From: an uncultured Bacteroidales bacterium
GTDB taxonomy: Bacteria; Bacteroidota; Bacteroidia; Bacteroidales; F082
NCBI GenBank assembly: GCA_947303085.1
Contig: CAMYXP010000005.1
Coordinates: forward strand, 71,046 to 135,045
Direction of reading: 5' to 3'
Length of the DNA stretch: 64,000 nucleotides
Shown here: piece by piece, positions 34,169 through 44,441 of the stretch
Layout of the letters: every line of letters starts with the position of its first letter
Numbering within the stretch: position 1 is the stretch's first letter
Position numbers and translations under genes: made by a program
Notes under the pieces: generated by a model
What the model saw: only the letters and a program-made list of their open reading frames with translations
The model's database searches: none
What the model was told of the DNA's origin: nothing

Positions 34169-35071
34169 TTAGAGAACCCAGGTTATTGGGAAGTCTTTTT
34201 CTTTCATGAACTCGTTGGTTGCCTCCATATCGTCGGAGAAGCCGAGGAAGTAACCGCCGCCACCCGATCCACAGATTTTTATCTGGAAATGCACGTCTTT
34301 TCGTTTCAGCGAGAAGAGCGGAAGCATGTTGTCGGTTATCATCGGGCGGAACATAACTGTCTGATAATAAGAAAGATGCGTCAAGTCGTCGAAGAATTTG
34401 TCGACATCGCCTGAAATCAACGAGTTGATGCAGCGACCCACGAAAGGATAGTAAAGCTCGTCGAAAGCTTTCAGGTAGGTCGGGTTCTCGCGCTGCTCTT
34501 TGAAATAGCTGACGAGGGCGCGTGTCTCGCTCTTTATCTTGCTGTCAATCAAGAAGATATGAATGCCTTCAGGAACGAAATCCTTTTCCAAAATCTGAAT
34601 TTTCTTATCTTCGGTGAGTACGAAAGGCTTGCCGAGATAACATTGCAGCGGGTCGAGGCCCGAGCTGCTGCCGTGGAAACAGTTTTCCATGTCGCCAAGG
34701 AACTTTTTCAACACTATCAAATCCTCGATTTCATCTGATTTGAAGCGGTCGTACACGGCTGCGGTCAGAGCGCCCGAGCTACCCACTCCGTATCCCGACG
34801 GGATGCAAGAGTCGAGGAACATTCCTTTCTTTAGCTCAGCTCTAAACTTCTGAACATCAATATGTTGCGTAAAATATTCGTCTTTCTCAAGGTAATTGGC
34901 AAACATGTGGAGGCTACGGTTTGACGAGTAGTTTTTCTTGCCATGGTTGCGCCAGATGTAATCCCAATGCGACTCGCCGGTGTAAAGCGGCATGAGCAGT
35001 GCCGGCGAACCGAAAATCATTGAATATTCACCAAAAAGAATGACCTTGCCGTAATATTTTCTAATTTCCAT
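34169..35071 (-). CDS. GHMP-family kinase of the mevalonate pathway (mevalonate kinase or phosphomevalonate kinase; ambiguous)
   Basis: GKVILFGEYSMIFG N-terminal motif and the GHMP motif IPSGYGVGSSGALTAA. Lies directly downstream of the diphosphomevalonate decarboxylase gene. Confidence 0.7.
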   Translation of the reverse strand: MEIRKYYGKVILFGEYSMIFGSPALLMPLYTGESHWDYIWRNHGKKNYSSNRSLHMFANYLEKDEYFTQHIDVQKFRAELKKGMFLDSCIPSGYGVGSSGALTAAVYDRFKSDEIEDLIVLKKFLGDMENCFHGSSSGLDPLQCYLGKPFVLTEDKKIQILEKDFVPEGIHIFLIDSKIKSETRALVSYFKEQRENPTYLKAFDELYYPFVGRCINSLISGDVDKFFDDLTHLSYYQTVMFRPMITDNMLPLFSLKRKDVHFQIKICGSGGGGYFLGFSDDMEATNEFMKEKDFPITWVL

Positions 35072-35080
35072 AGCAGTGAT

Positions 35081-36115
35081 TTATAGGTTTGTTTTATTTT
35101 GAACAACATCGTCAATACATTGATTATCGTGACAATACTGCAAAAGATTATCTTTAATGAAGCTTTTCACGCGAGCGTCGTCGGCATCAGGATATAGAAG
35201 ATGCACGTTAGGACCTGCGTCGAGGGTGAAGCAGGCCGGAACCTTCGTCTCACGACGGAACTCACGCACTAAATCGATGATTTTCAGCGTATTAGGCTCC
35301 ATCAGTTTGTACGGAGGGTTGGATGTTGCCATCAACTCATGAAGCTGAAGTGCCTCCGCCTCCGCAATCTCGATAAACTCGGTGATGTCGCCGTTTTTAA
35401 GCACTTTAAGAAGCTTTTCGGTATTCTCTCGAGCAGTTTGATAACGTTGTTCGGCAAGCGGGTGGCTGTTCATGAGAGAGTGTCCGACACGCGATGAGAC
35501 GCTTTTTTCTTTGTTTGAAACAATGAGAATGCTGTCGTGATACGTCTTGAAAACAGGATGTACGATATCTTCTAGCGGCACAGCATATTCATCGGAACTG
35601 CTTGATACTGAAGGCGTTGCACCCCACAGAGCCATCACTGGATAGACTGAGCGGGCGGCACTACCCGAGGCGAGACGCGACAAAAACGACGCTTTACGCA
35701 TATCGAGAGGCGTAACATTTTGATTTACAGTTTTTTCAATCTGTAAAAGACATAATACCAAGGCGCTCATCGAGGCGGCACTCGAGGCGATGCCAGAAGA
35801 ATGTGGAAACGAGTTGCTGCTTTCGATATTCAGATCGAGACCCTTCAAAAAACCAAAATATTGTTGATTTTCAACAAGATACTTCTCAATTTTTTCTTGA
35901 AACTTAGGCGATTCCTTGCCTTCAAAAAGGAAATGCAACGCATAATTCCCAGTGTCGTTTTTTGTGACTTTAACATGCGTCTCGGTGTGACAGCGGCTCA
36001 AAGTGAAACTGATTGAAGGGTTGTTTGGCAGCTGGTTGCCGTGCTTGCCCCAATACTTCACAATGGCAATGTTTGAAGGTGAAATCGCTGAAACTGAAAA
36101 CTCGTTCATATTCAA
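35081..36115 (-). CDS. mvaD: Diphosphomevalonate decarboxylase
   Basis: SPSNIAIVKYWGKHG...NPSISFTL, FPHSSGIASSAS, CFTLDAGPNVHLL motifs. Confidence 0.85.
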   Translation of the reverse strand: MNMNEFSVSAISPSNIAIVKYWGKHGNQLPNNPSISFTLSRCHTETHVKVTKNDTGNYALHFLFEGKESPKFQEKIEKYLVENQQYFGFLKGLDLNIESSNSFPHSSGIASSAASMSALVLCLLQIEKTVNQNVTPLDMRKASFLSRLASGSAARSVYPVMALWGATPSVSSSSDEYAVPLEDIVHPVFKTYHDSILIVSNKEKSVSSRVGHSLMNSHPLAEQRYQTARENTEKLLKVLKNGDITEFIEIAEAEALQLHELMATSNPPYKLMEPNTLKIIDLVREFRRETKVPACFTLDAGPNVHLLYPDADDARVKSFIKDNLLQYCHDNQCIDDVVQNKTNL

Positions 36116-36134
36116 TTTTGTTTCAATTATGATG

Positions 36135-36142
36135 CAAAGATA
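36135..36142 (-). promoter_or_regulatory. -7 box TATCTTTG for the mvaD-GHMP kinase operon
   Basis: CAAAGATA on the plus strand, 20 nt upstream of the ATG at 36115. Confidence 0.5.
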
Positions 36143-36185
36143 ACGATTTTTTGAATCAAAAATATTAAAATAAGAAAATTTCCGT

Positions 36186-36193
36186 TATTTTTG
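36186..36193 (+). promoter_or_regulatory. -7 box TATTTTTG
   Basis: 24 nt upstream of the ATG at 36217. Confidence 0.45.
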
Positions 36194-36216
36194 TAGCGTC
36201 ATTTAATAGTATCACT

Positions 36217-37212
36217 ATGAAAAAACTTCAACTTTTTGCTTTGATAATCGCTGCCCTGATGGCATTCACCTCATGTTCGGACAAAAAAACTGAAAACAGG
36301 AAGGATCGTTCGGTGGGCGGCACCTCTGAGATTTTGTTTGTGACACAGAACGACGACCAATGGAATGGCCAGATGGGACAGGCGGTTCGCGATTTCTTCG
36401 AGGAGGAGCAGTACGGACTCCCGCAGCCTGAAAAAACGTTCCGCGTGGCGCATATCAACATGCCTGCGCTCAACGATATGTTCAAGAAACACCGCAACCT
36501 CATCATAGGTGAAATTATTCCCGACTTGACCAACCCGATTATCGAGTCGCAGTACGACTGGCAGTCGGCACCGCAATATGCATTAAAAATCAAGGCAAAA
36601 GACGCCGAGAGCTGGGTCAAAGTGTTTGATACTCAGAAAGATGAGCTAAAGGACATCTTCGACAAGAACGAGCGGGCACGTTTCATGGACTTCTTCCGTC
36701 CGATGATCAACACAAAGGTTACAGAGGCTTTGAGAACCACTTACGGCATCACCATGACGGTGCCGGAAGGCTATTACATCGCTAAAAACGAGAACTATTT
36801 CACCTGGATAAGAAAAGAGGAGACCGACAAGAGTTTGGGCTTGATAATCTATCAGTTACCATACAGAAACACAAATGATTTGAGTGAGGAACGCATCATT
36901 AAAAAGACCGATTCCATCACTGAGAAATACATCCCCGGACCGACTGACGGCAGCTATATGACCTTAGACAAGGAGTTTGTGAAGCCGGTTTTCAAAGTTA
37001 TTCCTGACTTTCCGGCAGGTTACGCCGTTGAGATGCGCGGATTGTGGAAGACAGAGGGTGAGTTTATGGCCGGACCATACGTTTCTTACACCATAGTGAA
37101 CCCTGAAGCCAACAAACTCATCTGCGTCGAGGGCTACGTTTACTACCCCAACAAGCCGAAACGCGACTTGTTGAGGCAGCTCGAAACTATAATCTGGAGC
37201 TTAAAGTTTTAA
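36217..37212 (+). CDS. Hypothetical lipoprotein (possibly DUF4837-type; recollection only)
   Basis: Lipobox AFTSC; 331 aa; no catalytic motif recognised. Confidence 0.5.
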   Translation: MKKLQLFALIIAALMAFTSCSDKKTENRKDRSVGGTSEILFVTQNDDQWNGQMGQAVRDFFEEEQYGLPQPEKTFRVAHINMPALNDMFKKHRNLIIGEIIPDLTNPIIESQYDWQSAPQYALKIKAKDAESWVKVFDTQKDELKDIFDKNERARFMDFFRPMINTKVTEALRTTYGITMTVPEGYYIAKNENYFTWIRKEETDKSLGLIIYQLPYRNTNDLSEERIIKKTDSITEKYIPGPTDGSYMTLDKEFVKPVFKVIPDFPAGYAVEMRGLWKTEGEFMAGPYVSYTIVNPEANKLICVEGYVYYPNKPKRDLLRQLETIIWSLKF

Positions 37213-38937
37213 CTTCTGACCAACCTTTAACTCGTTGGATGTCAAGTTGTTTTTCTTCTTGATATAGTCAACGGTGACGTTGTATTTCTTTGCTATTTTC
37301 GTGAGATTATCGCCCGACTTCACTGTGTAGACTGTATTGCCCGAAGTCTTCGGCTGCGATGTAGTCGACTGATTCTCAGGAGGATACACCTTCAGCTTCT
37401 GTCCGACTTTGATGGTGTTAGACTGCAGATTGTTCCATTTCTTCAAGTCGGTGACCGAGCATTTGTATGTTGCTGCTATTTTGCCCAGCGTCTCGCCCTG
37501 TTTCACCACGTGGGTGGTCTGCGTCGTCGAACGTTCGACAGGTTTGGCGTTGCCAGCCTGTGCCATAGGGGCTCCCGAGCTGTAGACAATAAGCTTCTGG
37601 CCGATGCGGAGGTTGTCGGACTTCAGGTTATTCCACGACCTAAGTTGTTTAACGCCAACATGATACTTCTTCGCGATAGCGCTTAAAGTCTCGCCTTTTT
37701 TCACGACATGCACGCTACGGTCGGAGATCTGTTTCATCTGCTCCTGCAGCTTCTCCTTGTCGATGCCGCTCTTCGTCTTGAAAGCATAAAGTTCCTTCTC
37801 GTGGCTTATATATTCGCCGACATATTTCTCAGGAATCTGAAGCACCAAAGGCTTTTTCGCCGTTGCCGGGATGATTGATTTGGTGTATTGAGGGTTGAAA
37901 AACTTGATATCTTCCATCGGGATGCCCAGCATCTCATGAAGCTGGTCGAAATGAAGCACATCGTGAACCATCACTGTGTCGGTGCCGCTTTTGATGATGC
38001 CCGGGTCGAGCGGACAAATGTTATGTTCGGCAGGATAGTTCATCACGTAGTTGACAGCGATGAATGCCGGTACATAGCCACGTGTCTCTTTAGGCAGATA
38101 AGGCCAGATAGCCCAGTAATTCTTGATACCTCCGGCTCTGCGGATAGCTTTTTTCACGTTTCCCGCGCCAGAGTTATACGCCGCAAGAGCCAAAAACCAG
38201 TCGCCGAACATGGTGTAAAGATCGTTGAGATGCTGGCATGCCGCTTCTGTCGATTTCAGCGGGTCGTAGCGGTCGTCGACGAGGGTGGTTACGTTGAGTT
38301 TGTAAGTCTTTCCGGTAGCATACATAAACTGCCAGAGGCCTTTCGCGCCCGCCCAAGAACCTGCGCGCGGGTTCAGAGCCGACTCCACAACAGCCAAGTA
38401 TTTCAACTCAAGAGGCATGTTGTATTTGTCCAACGTCTGCTCGAAAAGCGGAAAATAAACATCAGCCAAACCAAGAATTCGCTCGGTTTTATCGCGTTTT
38501 TGAACAGCATACACATCGATAAACGACTTCACATGCTTGTTGTAAACCAACTCCATTGTCGTGTTGCGATTCAATTCCTCGATACGCTGAGCATAAACGC
38601 TGTCGGGGTATGACGGGATATATCCTGGAGGATAGTTGCAAGTATTAGCTTTACTCTCATCGAAATATGGTATAACTTTAAGAGTATCAATCATTTCCAA
38701 CATATCCATAGATTCATCGACAATACCTTTACCAGAATTCTCATCGTCGAAAACCTTTTGAATCTGTTCCTGAATACTATCCGGCAGATTAGGATTTATC
38801 GAGTCCAATTCATACGAATCATCAAGGATGGACATGTCGATAGAGTCGTTCATAAGGCGCTGATTAGCGACGATTGTATCTGTAATTGTGTCGTTAATCT
38901 GAGCAAACGTCAAGAAAATCAATAAGATGCAGTTCAT
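37201..38937 (-). CDS. Lytic murein transglycosylase (MltD-like) with three C-terminal LysM domains
   Basis: SLT core ...[22 protein letters not shown]...[10 protein letters not shown]. Three LysM repeats ([16 protein letters not shown]..., [16 protein letters not shown]..., [16 protein letters not shown]...). Start set at the Met at 38937. Confidence 0.85.
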   Translation of the reverse strand: MNCILLIFLTFAQINDTITDTIVANQRLMNDSIDMSILDDSYELDSINPNLPDSIQEQIQKVFDDENSGKGIVDESMDMLEMIDTLKVIPYFDESKANTCNYPPGYIPSYPDSVYAQRIEELNRNTTMELVYNKHVKSFIDVYAVQKRDKTERILGLADVYFPLFEQTLDKYNMPLELKYLAVVESALNPRAGSWAGAKGLWQFMYATGKTYKLNVTTLVDDRYDPLKSTEAACQHLNDLYTMFGDWFLALAAYNSGAGNVKKAIRRAGGIKNYWAIWPYLPKETRGYVPAFIAVNYVMNYPAEHNICPLDPGIIKSGTDTVMVHDVLHFDQLHEMLGIPMEDIKFFNPQYTKSIIPATAKKPLVLQIPEKYVGEYISHEKELYAFKTKSGIDKEKLQEQMKQISDRSVHVVKKGETLSAIAKKYHVGVKQLRSWNNLKSDNLRIGQKLIVYSSGAPMAQAGNAKPVERSTTQTTHVVKQGETLGKIAATYKCSVTDLKKWNNLQSNTIKVGQKLKVYPPENQSTTSQPKTSGNTVYTVKSGDNLTKIAKKYNVTVDYIKKKNNLTSNELKVGQKLKL

Positions 38938-39009
38938 TTTCAATATTATTTTAAAATGCAAAATTACAAAAAATTTCAATAAAAATAACGCATGTATCCA
39001 ACAAATAAG

Positions 39010-39017
39010 TATCTTTG
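39010..39017 (+). promoter_or_regulatory. -7 box TATCTTTG for the PAD-family gene
   Basis: 39 nt upstream of the ATG at 39056. Confidence 0.5.
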
Positions 39018-39055
39018 CACCCTAAAAATTAATACTTGGAATTAATCTTTAAAAA

Positions 39056-41035
39056 ATGAAGAAAATATTACTTAGTTTAGTTGCTTTCGCTTTAGTTTTA
39101 AGCATTAAAGTGAACGCACAGGAGCAGACGACTCCGGATTGGAAGAGATGGCATTATCTCTCTGAGGAAGAGATGAACACACCAGTTAGAAATGAGAATT
39201 TTGTTGAGACCGATCCACCGACAGGCACACCTCGTTTTGTAGCTGAATTCGAGCCAATGCAGGGTGTGATGATCCGTTACCCTCTCGGAATTCCTACAAG
39301 TTTGGTAGTCCAGTTGGCAAACAATTGCCCTGTTTACTGCATTGTGTCGACATCGCAGCAAAGCAGCGCTCAGAGCTCATTCCAGAATGCAGGTGTGAAC
39401 ATGAGCAATGTTCATTTTGTGAATGCATCAAGTGACTCATACTGGGTTCGCGACTACGGCCCGTGGTACATCTTCGAGGACAGAAACCCAGCTATCGTCG
39501 ACAATATCTACAACCGTCCACGTCCTAACGACGACAATATGTCGGGCGTGTTCGCCAACTTCTGGCAGATCCCGATGTACGGCATGAACCTCGAGCACAC
39601 TGGCGGCAATATGATGGAAGACGGTCGTGGCCATGGCGTGAGCGACAACCTCGTGCTTCAGGAAAACAACAACAACGAAGCCAACGTGCGCCAGAAGATG
39701 CGCGATTATCTTGGCATCGATCCTTATCATATCACCATCGACCCGCAGGGCGACTACATCGCACACGTCGACTGCTGGGGCAAGTACCTCGCACCAGATA
39801 AGATTTTGATTGCCCGCGTGCCACAAAGCAACTCACATTATGCTGATTATGAATCTGTTGCACAGTATTTTGAGACAACAAACTGCTGCTGGGGCTATCC
39901 TTATCGCGTTTACCGTGTTGACGAACCAGGCGGAAGCACACTTGCACCTTACACCAACAGTTTGATTTTGAATAAATCAGTGTATGTGCCAATGGGCAGC
40001 AACTCGAATTACAACCAGCAGGCTTTGGCAGTTTACCAAGAAGCTATGCCAGGTTATGAAATCGTGGGCGTTACAAACAACGACTATTACATTTCTTGGG
40101 AGAACACCGACGCTCTGCACTGCCGCACCCGTGGTGTGATGGACTTCGGAATGCTCTTCGTCGATCATAGAGATGTTAAGTTCGGAGTTCAAGAATGGCA
40201 AGATTCTATTGCCATCACAAGTAAATTCATCGCTTACAGCGGTCAGGATTTGAAGCAGGATTCACTCCTTGTTTATTATAGCATTGACGGCGGCGCTTAT
40301 CAGGTGGCTCACATGACAGCAACCGGCAACCCTGATGAATATGTAGGATACATCAAAGGTTATCAGGGTGAATCGGAGATTAACTACTATGTTTTCGGCG
40401 CTGACGAGTCAGGACGCCGTTACACACAGCCGGTGTTTGCAGAGTTGGATCCACACCATTTCACAATGGAAACATATACACCTATCACTCCAACAGAGCC
40501 TACAATCAGCGTGGAACAAATCACGTTTGAGGATTATACACCTGCAACATTCACAATTACCAACGAAACAGGTAATCCTTGCACTATCAACGATATAACT
40601 GAAGGAACCTATGGATTGAACTATCTCTGGTTCGAGACAAGTGCTAACCTGCCTGCAACATTGGCAAATGGCGAAAGCATGGAAGTTACAGTTGGTATTG
40701 CAATGGTAGTTAAAGGTTATATCGAAACAGCCATAAAAATAGAATCTGACCTTGACACACAGGTTATTCCAGTGTTTATGAACGAAGAGCTTTTTGATGG
40801 TGTTGACGAGAACCTTGCAGCAAGCTTCGAGGTTTATCCTAACCCGATGAGCAACACCTTATATATTAATGGTGACGTTCAGGATGTGACCATCTTCAAC
40901 GCTGTCGGCCAGCAGGTTTTGTTTGTTGAGAAAGCAAACGAAATCAACGTTGTTAATTTGAATGAGGGATTGTACTTCGTGAGAATGAGCGACAAGAAGG
41001 GAAATAGCGTGGTGAAGAAGATCGTGAAGAGATAA
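39056..41035 (+). CDS. Secreted PAD_porph/agmatine-deiminase-family enzyme with Ig-like region and T9SS C-terminal sorting domain
   Basis: Signal peptide. YWVRDYGPW, HTGGNMMEDGRG, IAHVDCWGKY and TDALHCRTRG (catalytic Cys region) match guanidino-modifying agmatine deiminase/PPAD motifs. C-terminus VYPNPMSNTLYING...GLYFVRMSDKKGNSVVKKIVKR is a T9SS CTD. Confidence 0.75.
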   Translation: MKKILLSLVAFALVLSIKVNAQEQTTPDWKRWHYLSEEEMNTPVRNENFVETDPPTGTPRFVAEFEPMQGVMIRYPLGIPTSLVVQLANNCPVYCIVSTSQQSSAQSSFQNAGVNMSNVHFVNASSDSYWVRDYGPWYIFEDRNPAIVDNIYNRPRPNDDNMSGVFANFWQIPMYGMNLEHTGGNMMEDGRGHGVSDNLVLQENNNNEANVRQKMRDYLGIDPYHITIDPQGDYIAHVDCWGKYLAPDKILIARVPQSNSHYADYESVAQYFETTNCCWGYPYRVYRVDEPGGSTLAPYTNSLILNKSVYVPMGSNSNYNQQALAVYQEAMPGYEIVGVTNNDYYISWENTDALHCRTRGVMDFGMLFVDHRDVKFGVQEWQDSIAITSKFIAYSGQDLKQDSLLVYYSIDGGAYQVAHMTATGNPDEYVGYIKGYQGESEINYYVFGADESGRRYTQPVFAELDPHHFTMETYTPITPTEPTISVEQITFEDYTPATFTITNETGNPCTINDITEGTYGLNYLWFETSANLPATLANGESMEVTVGIAMVVKGYIETAIKIESDLDTQVIPVFMNEELFDGVDENLAASFEVYPNPMSNTLYINGDVQDVTIFNAVGQQVLFVEKANEINVVNLNEGLYFVRMSDKKGNSVVKKIVKR

Positions 41036-41060
41036 CAGATCATAGATAACAGATAAAAGA

Positions 41061-41100
41061 GTAGAGACGTACGGCCGTGCGTCTCTACATTTTTTTTAAA
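41061..41100 (+). terminator. Intrinsic terminator built from the 28-nt palindrome plus a T-tract
   Basis: GTAGAGACGTACGGCCGTGCGTCTCTAC (13-bp stem with one G-U) followed by ATTTTTTTTAAAA, 25 nt after the stop of the PAD-family gene. Confidence 0.8.
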
Positions 41101-41128
41101 ATTTTGTTGTGCGTATTAAAAAATATTG

Positions 41129-41136
41129 TATTTTTG
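41129..41136 (+). promoter_or_regulatory. -7 box TATTTTTG for tRNA-Glu
   Basis: 14 nt upstream of the tRNA 5' end. Confidence 0.55.
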
Positions 41137-41149
41137 CAGCGCAATTGAG

Positions 41150-41221
41150 GTCGGGTTCTACTAACGGTTAGGTAACGACACTCTCACTGTCGAAATAAGG
41201 GTTCGATTCCCTTACCCGATA
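41150..41221 (+). tRNA. tRNA-Glu (anticodon CTC)
   Basis: Folded by hand. Acceptor GTCGGGT/ACCCGAT; anticodon stem CGACA/TGTCG with loop CTCTCAC; T arm AAGGG-TTCGATT-CCCTT; discriminator A. Confidence 0.85.
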
Positions 41222-41226
41222 CTAAG

Positions 41227-41268
41227 AAAGCCTTGTAAGTCGATGATTTACAAGGCTTTTCTGTTTTT
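41227..41268 (+). terminator. Intrinsic terminator downstream of tRNA-Glu
   Basis: AAAGCCTTGTAA-gtcgatgat-TTACAAGGCTTT, followed by TCTGTTTTT. Confidence 0.8.
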
Positions 41269-41333
41269 AGTCGTCATTATCGAGCTGCCACCTTTCTACG
41301 AAAGCTGAAGGCTCTCTAATTAACGACTAAAAA

Positions 41334-41984
41334 CTATAACCCAGTTACGTAAGGATTATTTCTTTTTTCATCTCCGATTCTTGTTTGTGGTCCGTGTCCG
41401 CAGTATGCGATGATGTCGTCGGGGAGCTGGTAAAGCACCTCACGGAGACTTTTTTCTATCTGATGATAATTGCCGCCGAGCAGGTCGCAACGTCCGACTC
41501 CCCTGTAAAACAAGGTGTCACCGGTAAAAACCTTGCCGCCTTTCTCATCATAGAAACAGATATGGCCGGGGGCGTGACCTGGCGTGAATAAAACCTTCAG
41601 CTCGTCATCACCAATCTTGACAATATCGCCATCGTTGAGGTCTTTGGTAGGTATCAGGCAGCGGTCTTGTGTGAAATTTATACCGAAAGCAGCCGCGTAT
41701 GCCCACACCTTGTCGTAGAACGGCTTCTCGATAGGATGAGCCGCCAGTTCCACATGATATTTGTCGGCAATAACCTTGTTGCCCATCACATGATCGATAT
41801 GCGAGTGCGTGTTGAGCAACATGAGCGGTTTCAGTCCAGTTTTGTCGATATAACTCAAAATCTGCTGATCTTCGAATGTCTCAAGGTTACCGGCATCGAT
41901 AATGACACACTCTTTGTTTTCGTTGTAAACAACGTAAGTGTTAACTTGTATTGAATTGAAAATGAATGTCTTAACTGATAGCAT
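41334..41984 (-). CDS. MBL-fold metallo-hydrolase (glyoxalase II-like)
   Basis: THSHIDH metal motif (NTHSHIDHVMG), TPGHAPGH, later D/H ligands; 216 aa. Confidence 0.85.
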   Translation of the reverse strand: MLSVKTFIFNSIQVNTYVVYNENKECVIIDAGNLETFEDQQILSYIDKTGLKPLMLLNTHSHIDHVMGNKVIADKYHVELAAHPIEKPFYDKVWAYAAAFGINFTQDRCLIPTKDLNDGDIVKIGDDELKVLFTPGHAPGHICFYDEKGGKVFTGDTLFYRGVGRCDLLGGNYHQIEKSLREVLYQLPDDIIAYCGHGPQTRIGDEKRNNPYVTGL

Positions 41985-41986
41985 GA

Positions 41987-42973
41987 TTAATCAATTTTGA
42001 GTTTTGCGACAACTTCGTCGGTGTTAATCAAATTCATGCATTTGAAATGACCTTTCGGGCATTTTTTGTAGCCTAGTTTCGAGCAAGGACGGCAATTCAG
42101 GCCTTTCACCTCTATGATATTCGATTGAATATCATGGTTTTGCGGATAATACTGATACATTCCAAACTCAGGGACAGTGTTGCCCCAGACGGAAACTATA
42201 GGTTTACGAAGCGCTGCCGCTATGTGCATCATGCCGGTGTCGCTTGTAAGGACAGCCTTCGACATCTTGATGATTGATGCCGACTGCTCAACATTAAGCA
42301 TACCTACTGGGTTCCAGACGTTCTCGCCGATAGCGTCGGCAACGACTTTCGCACGTTGCATGTCGCCCGGACCGCCAAGCAAAATCACGGGTTCGTCGAG
42401 TTTTTCGATTACCTCGATGATCTTGTCGGTTGGCATCACCTTGGTGTTGTAGCTGCCACCCACCACCACGGCGTAAAATCCGTTTCGGAACTCCTCCGGG
42501 ATGTCGGGTTCCTGCATCATATTAGTCTCCGAGATGAAGAAATCCAGTCCACGACCGTCGTTTTTCACGCCAAGAGGCTCCACAGCCTCAAAGTATCTGT
42601 CGACGACGTGCACATCAGGTAACCTGTTGATTTTAAATGTGGTAAGCAACATTTTCTTAAAATCAAGCTTATGGAAAGAATGATGCTCACAGCCTAAGGC
42701 GAAACAGACCCGTTTTGAGCGGTTATTTTTCTGTAAATCAACGACATAGTCGTATTCTTCCTTCTTCAGCTCCTTGATAACTTCACGAATGGAGTTGCCA
42801 AGTTCAAAAGTCTTGTCGACATACGGGTTGTTGTGCGACAGGCTAGCGAATTTATCTTTTATAAGTACATGAAGCTCAACGTCGTCGTCCATCTGACGTT
42901 TGATGCAACGAATCACAGGCGTGGTAAGGACGATGTCGCCGATTGAGCTTAAACGAATAAGTAATATTTTCAT
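41987..42973 (-). CDS. Glycosyltransferase family 9 (heptosyltransferase-like)
   Basis: MKILLIRLSSIGDIVLTTPVIRCIK start and the SDTGMMHIAAAL motif typical of GT9. Confidence 0.8.
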   Translation of the reverse strand: MKILLIRLSSIGDIVLTTPVIRCIKRQMDDDVELHVLIKDKFASLSHNNPYVDKTFELGNSIREVIKELKKEEYDYVVDLQKNNRSKRVCFALGCEHHSFHKLDFKKMLLTTFKINRLPDVHVVDRYFEAVEPLGVKNDGRGLDFFISETNMMQEPDIPEEFRNGFYAVVVGGSYNTKVMPTDKIIEVIEKLDEPVILLGGPGDMQRAKVVADAIGENVWNPVGMLNVEQSASIIKMSKAVLTSDTGMMHIAAALRKPIVSVWGNTVPEFGMYQYYPQNHDIQSNIIEVKGLNCRPCSKLGYKKCPKGHFKCMNLINTDEVVAKLKID

Positions 42974-42974
42974 T

Positions 42975-44441
42975 TTAATGATTAATTTTTGTCACCTTAT
43001 AACGATGAACATTATTATAATCAACTTCTTTATGATTCTTCAAAAATTCAATTTCAGCATCATTCGATGAATAATCCGTCTCAGAAATCTTCATGCAACG
43101 GCCTTCAGCCCACAATGCCATGTAGCTGTTGATTGTGACGGTATAAACCTTCTCAGGATCAAGAGGTTCGCCGTTTTCGAGATAAGCTTTTGCATTCATG
43201 AAACCCGACTGGCCGTCATCGGAATGGATGTAATCGATGGTGTAGGTCATGCCTGAAACATGCAGGCAGTCGTGGTCTTTCGTCGAAGCGATATCGATAT
43301 AATCCTCAACCTGTTTGCCTGTCATTTCAGCCACCATCAAGGCATTGTTAAACGGGTCGAGATTATAGATATCGGCTTTGGTAAGGTTGCCTCCGTGCAA
43401 GCTGTCGAAACGCACGCCGCCCGGGTTTTGCATTGCGAAATCTGTATTTGTGACATAACGGATGGCATCGGCCATATATGCGCCAAGAGCGTCCCAATCG
43501 TTGAACGAACGCTTCGCATAGCCGATAACTTCATGGAACTCAGGGTTTGAATAATAGCCGTCGACTTCTTTTTGAACATTGGCATCGACTTTGCTAACTT
43601 TCTTTAAATCAATAACTTGCGCCTCTTTGCTGACAATTTTTCCTTTTTCAAACTTGATTTTTGTCACAGTAGCGAAGTTCAAATAGCTTTTCGACTGGGT
43701 GTAAAGAAGTCCGTTGTCGAATGTTTTGGTATACAAATCATGCGAATGGCCACCGATAATCATATCGAACTGCGGATACTGCTCGGCGAACTTCAGCTCG
43801 TCATTCAAGCCGCAATGCGACAGCAAAATGAAGACGTTGCAGCTGTCTTTGAGATACATGTAGTCGCCAATCATGCTCTCGGCCGGCTTAAAATCGATGT
43901 TTTTCAGGTTTTTGACATGTGCGCTAGGCTTGCCTTCGTTTTCAGTCTCAATCATTCCGAGGAAAATGATTTTTATGTCATCGTTGCCGATATTCTTTGT
44001 AATCGTAACATAATCAGGGAGTTTGACATCAGGATAGCCTGTAAAAAACGCGTTGGCGCAGATGACCGGGAAGTGGGCGTTATTCACATAATATCTGATA
44101 CCATCGATGCCGCCGTCGAACTCGTGGTTGCCGAGTTCAGCCACATCAAAACCAAGCTCATTCATCAAGTGAACCATAGGATAATTAGGTGTTCCCGGAT
44201 ATTTGTCGTTGTAGGCGTTGCCAGTGCGGTTGTCGCCCGCCGACACCACCATAAGTTCAGGATAAATACTGCGCAAACTGTCGACGACAAACGCGAATTT
44301 AGGCATGTTTTCGATTTTTCCGTGCATATCGTTGACCGACAGAATCACTAATTCTTTCTGGTTTACTGTGTTTTTCTGGTGCTTTACAGCGCATGACACC
44401 AGCAACAAGCTGATAATCAAAATGTTTAATACTTTCTTCAT
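42975..44441 (-). CDS. Bifunctional metallophosphatase/5'-nucleotidase (UshA-like), lipoprotein
   Basis: Lipobox LVSC; SVNDMHG, AGDN, GNHEFD, GGHSH calcineurin-like motifs; C-terminal 5'-nucleotidase domain. Confidence 0.8.
   Translation of the reverse strand: MKKVLNILIISLLLVSCAVKHQKNTVNQKELVILSVNDMHGKIENMPKFAFVVDSLRSIYPELMVVSAGDNRTGNAYNDKYPGTPNYPMVHLMNELGFDVAELGNHEFDGGIDGIRYYVNNAHFPVICANAFFTGYPDVKLPDYVTITKNIGNDDIKIIFLGMIETENEGKPSAHVKNLKNIDFKPAESMIGDYMYLKDSCNVFILLSHCGLNDELKFAEQYPQFDMIIGGHSHDLYTKTFDNGLLYTQSKSYLNFATVTKIKFEKGKIVSKEAQVIDLKKVSKVDANVQKEVDGYYSNPEFHEVIGYAKRSFNDWDALGAYMADAIRYVTNTDFAMQNPGGVRFDSLHGGNLTKADIYNLDPFNNALMVAEMTGKQVEDYIDIASTKDHDCLHVSGMTYTIDYIHSDDGQSGFMNAKAYLENGEPLDPEKVYTVTINSYMALWAEGRCMKISETDYSSNDAEIEFLKNHKEVDYNNVHRYKVTKINH

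Noticed and set aside
41150-41984. tRNA-Glu as a possible integration site for a genomic island.
   Set aside because: No integrase, direct repeat of the tRNA 3' end, or foreign-looking gene block follows. Downstream genes are ordinary (MBL hydrolase, GT9, nucleotidase).
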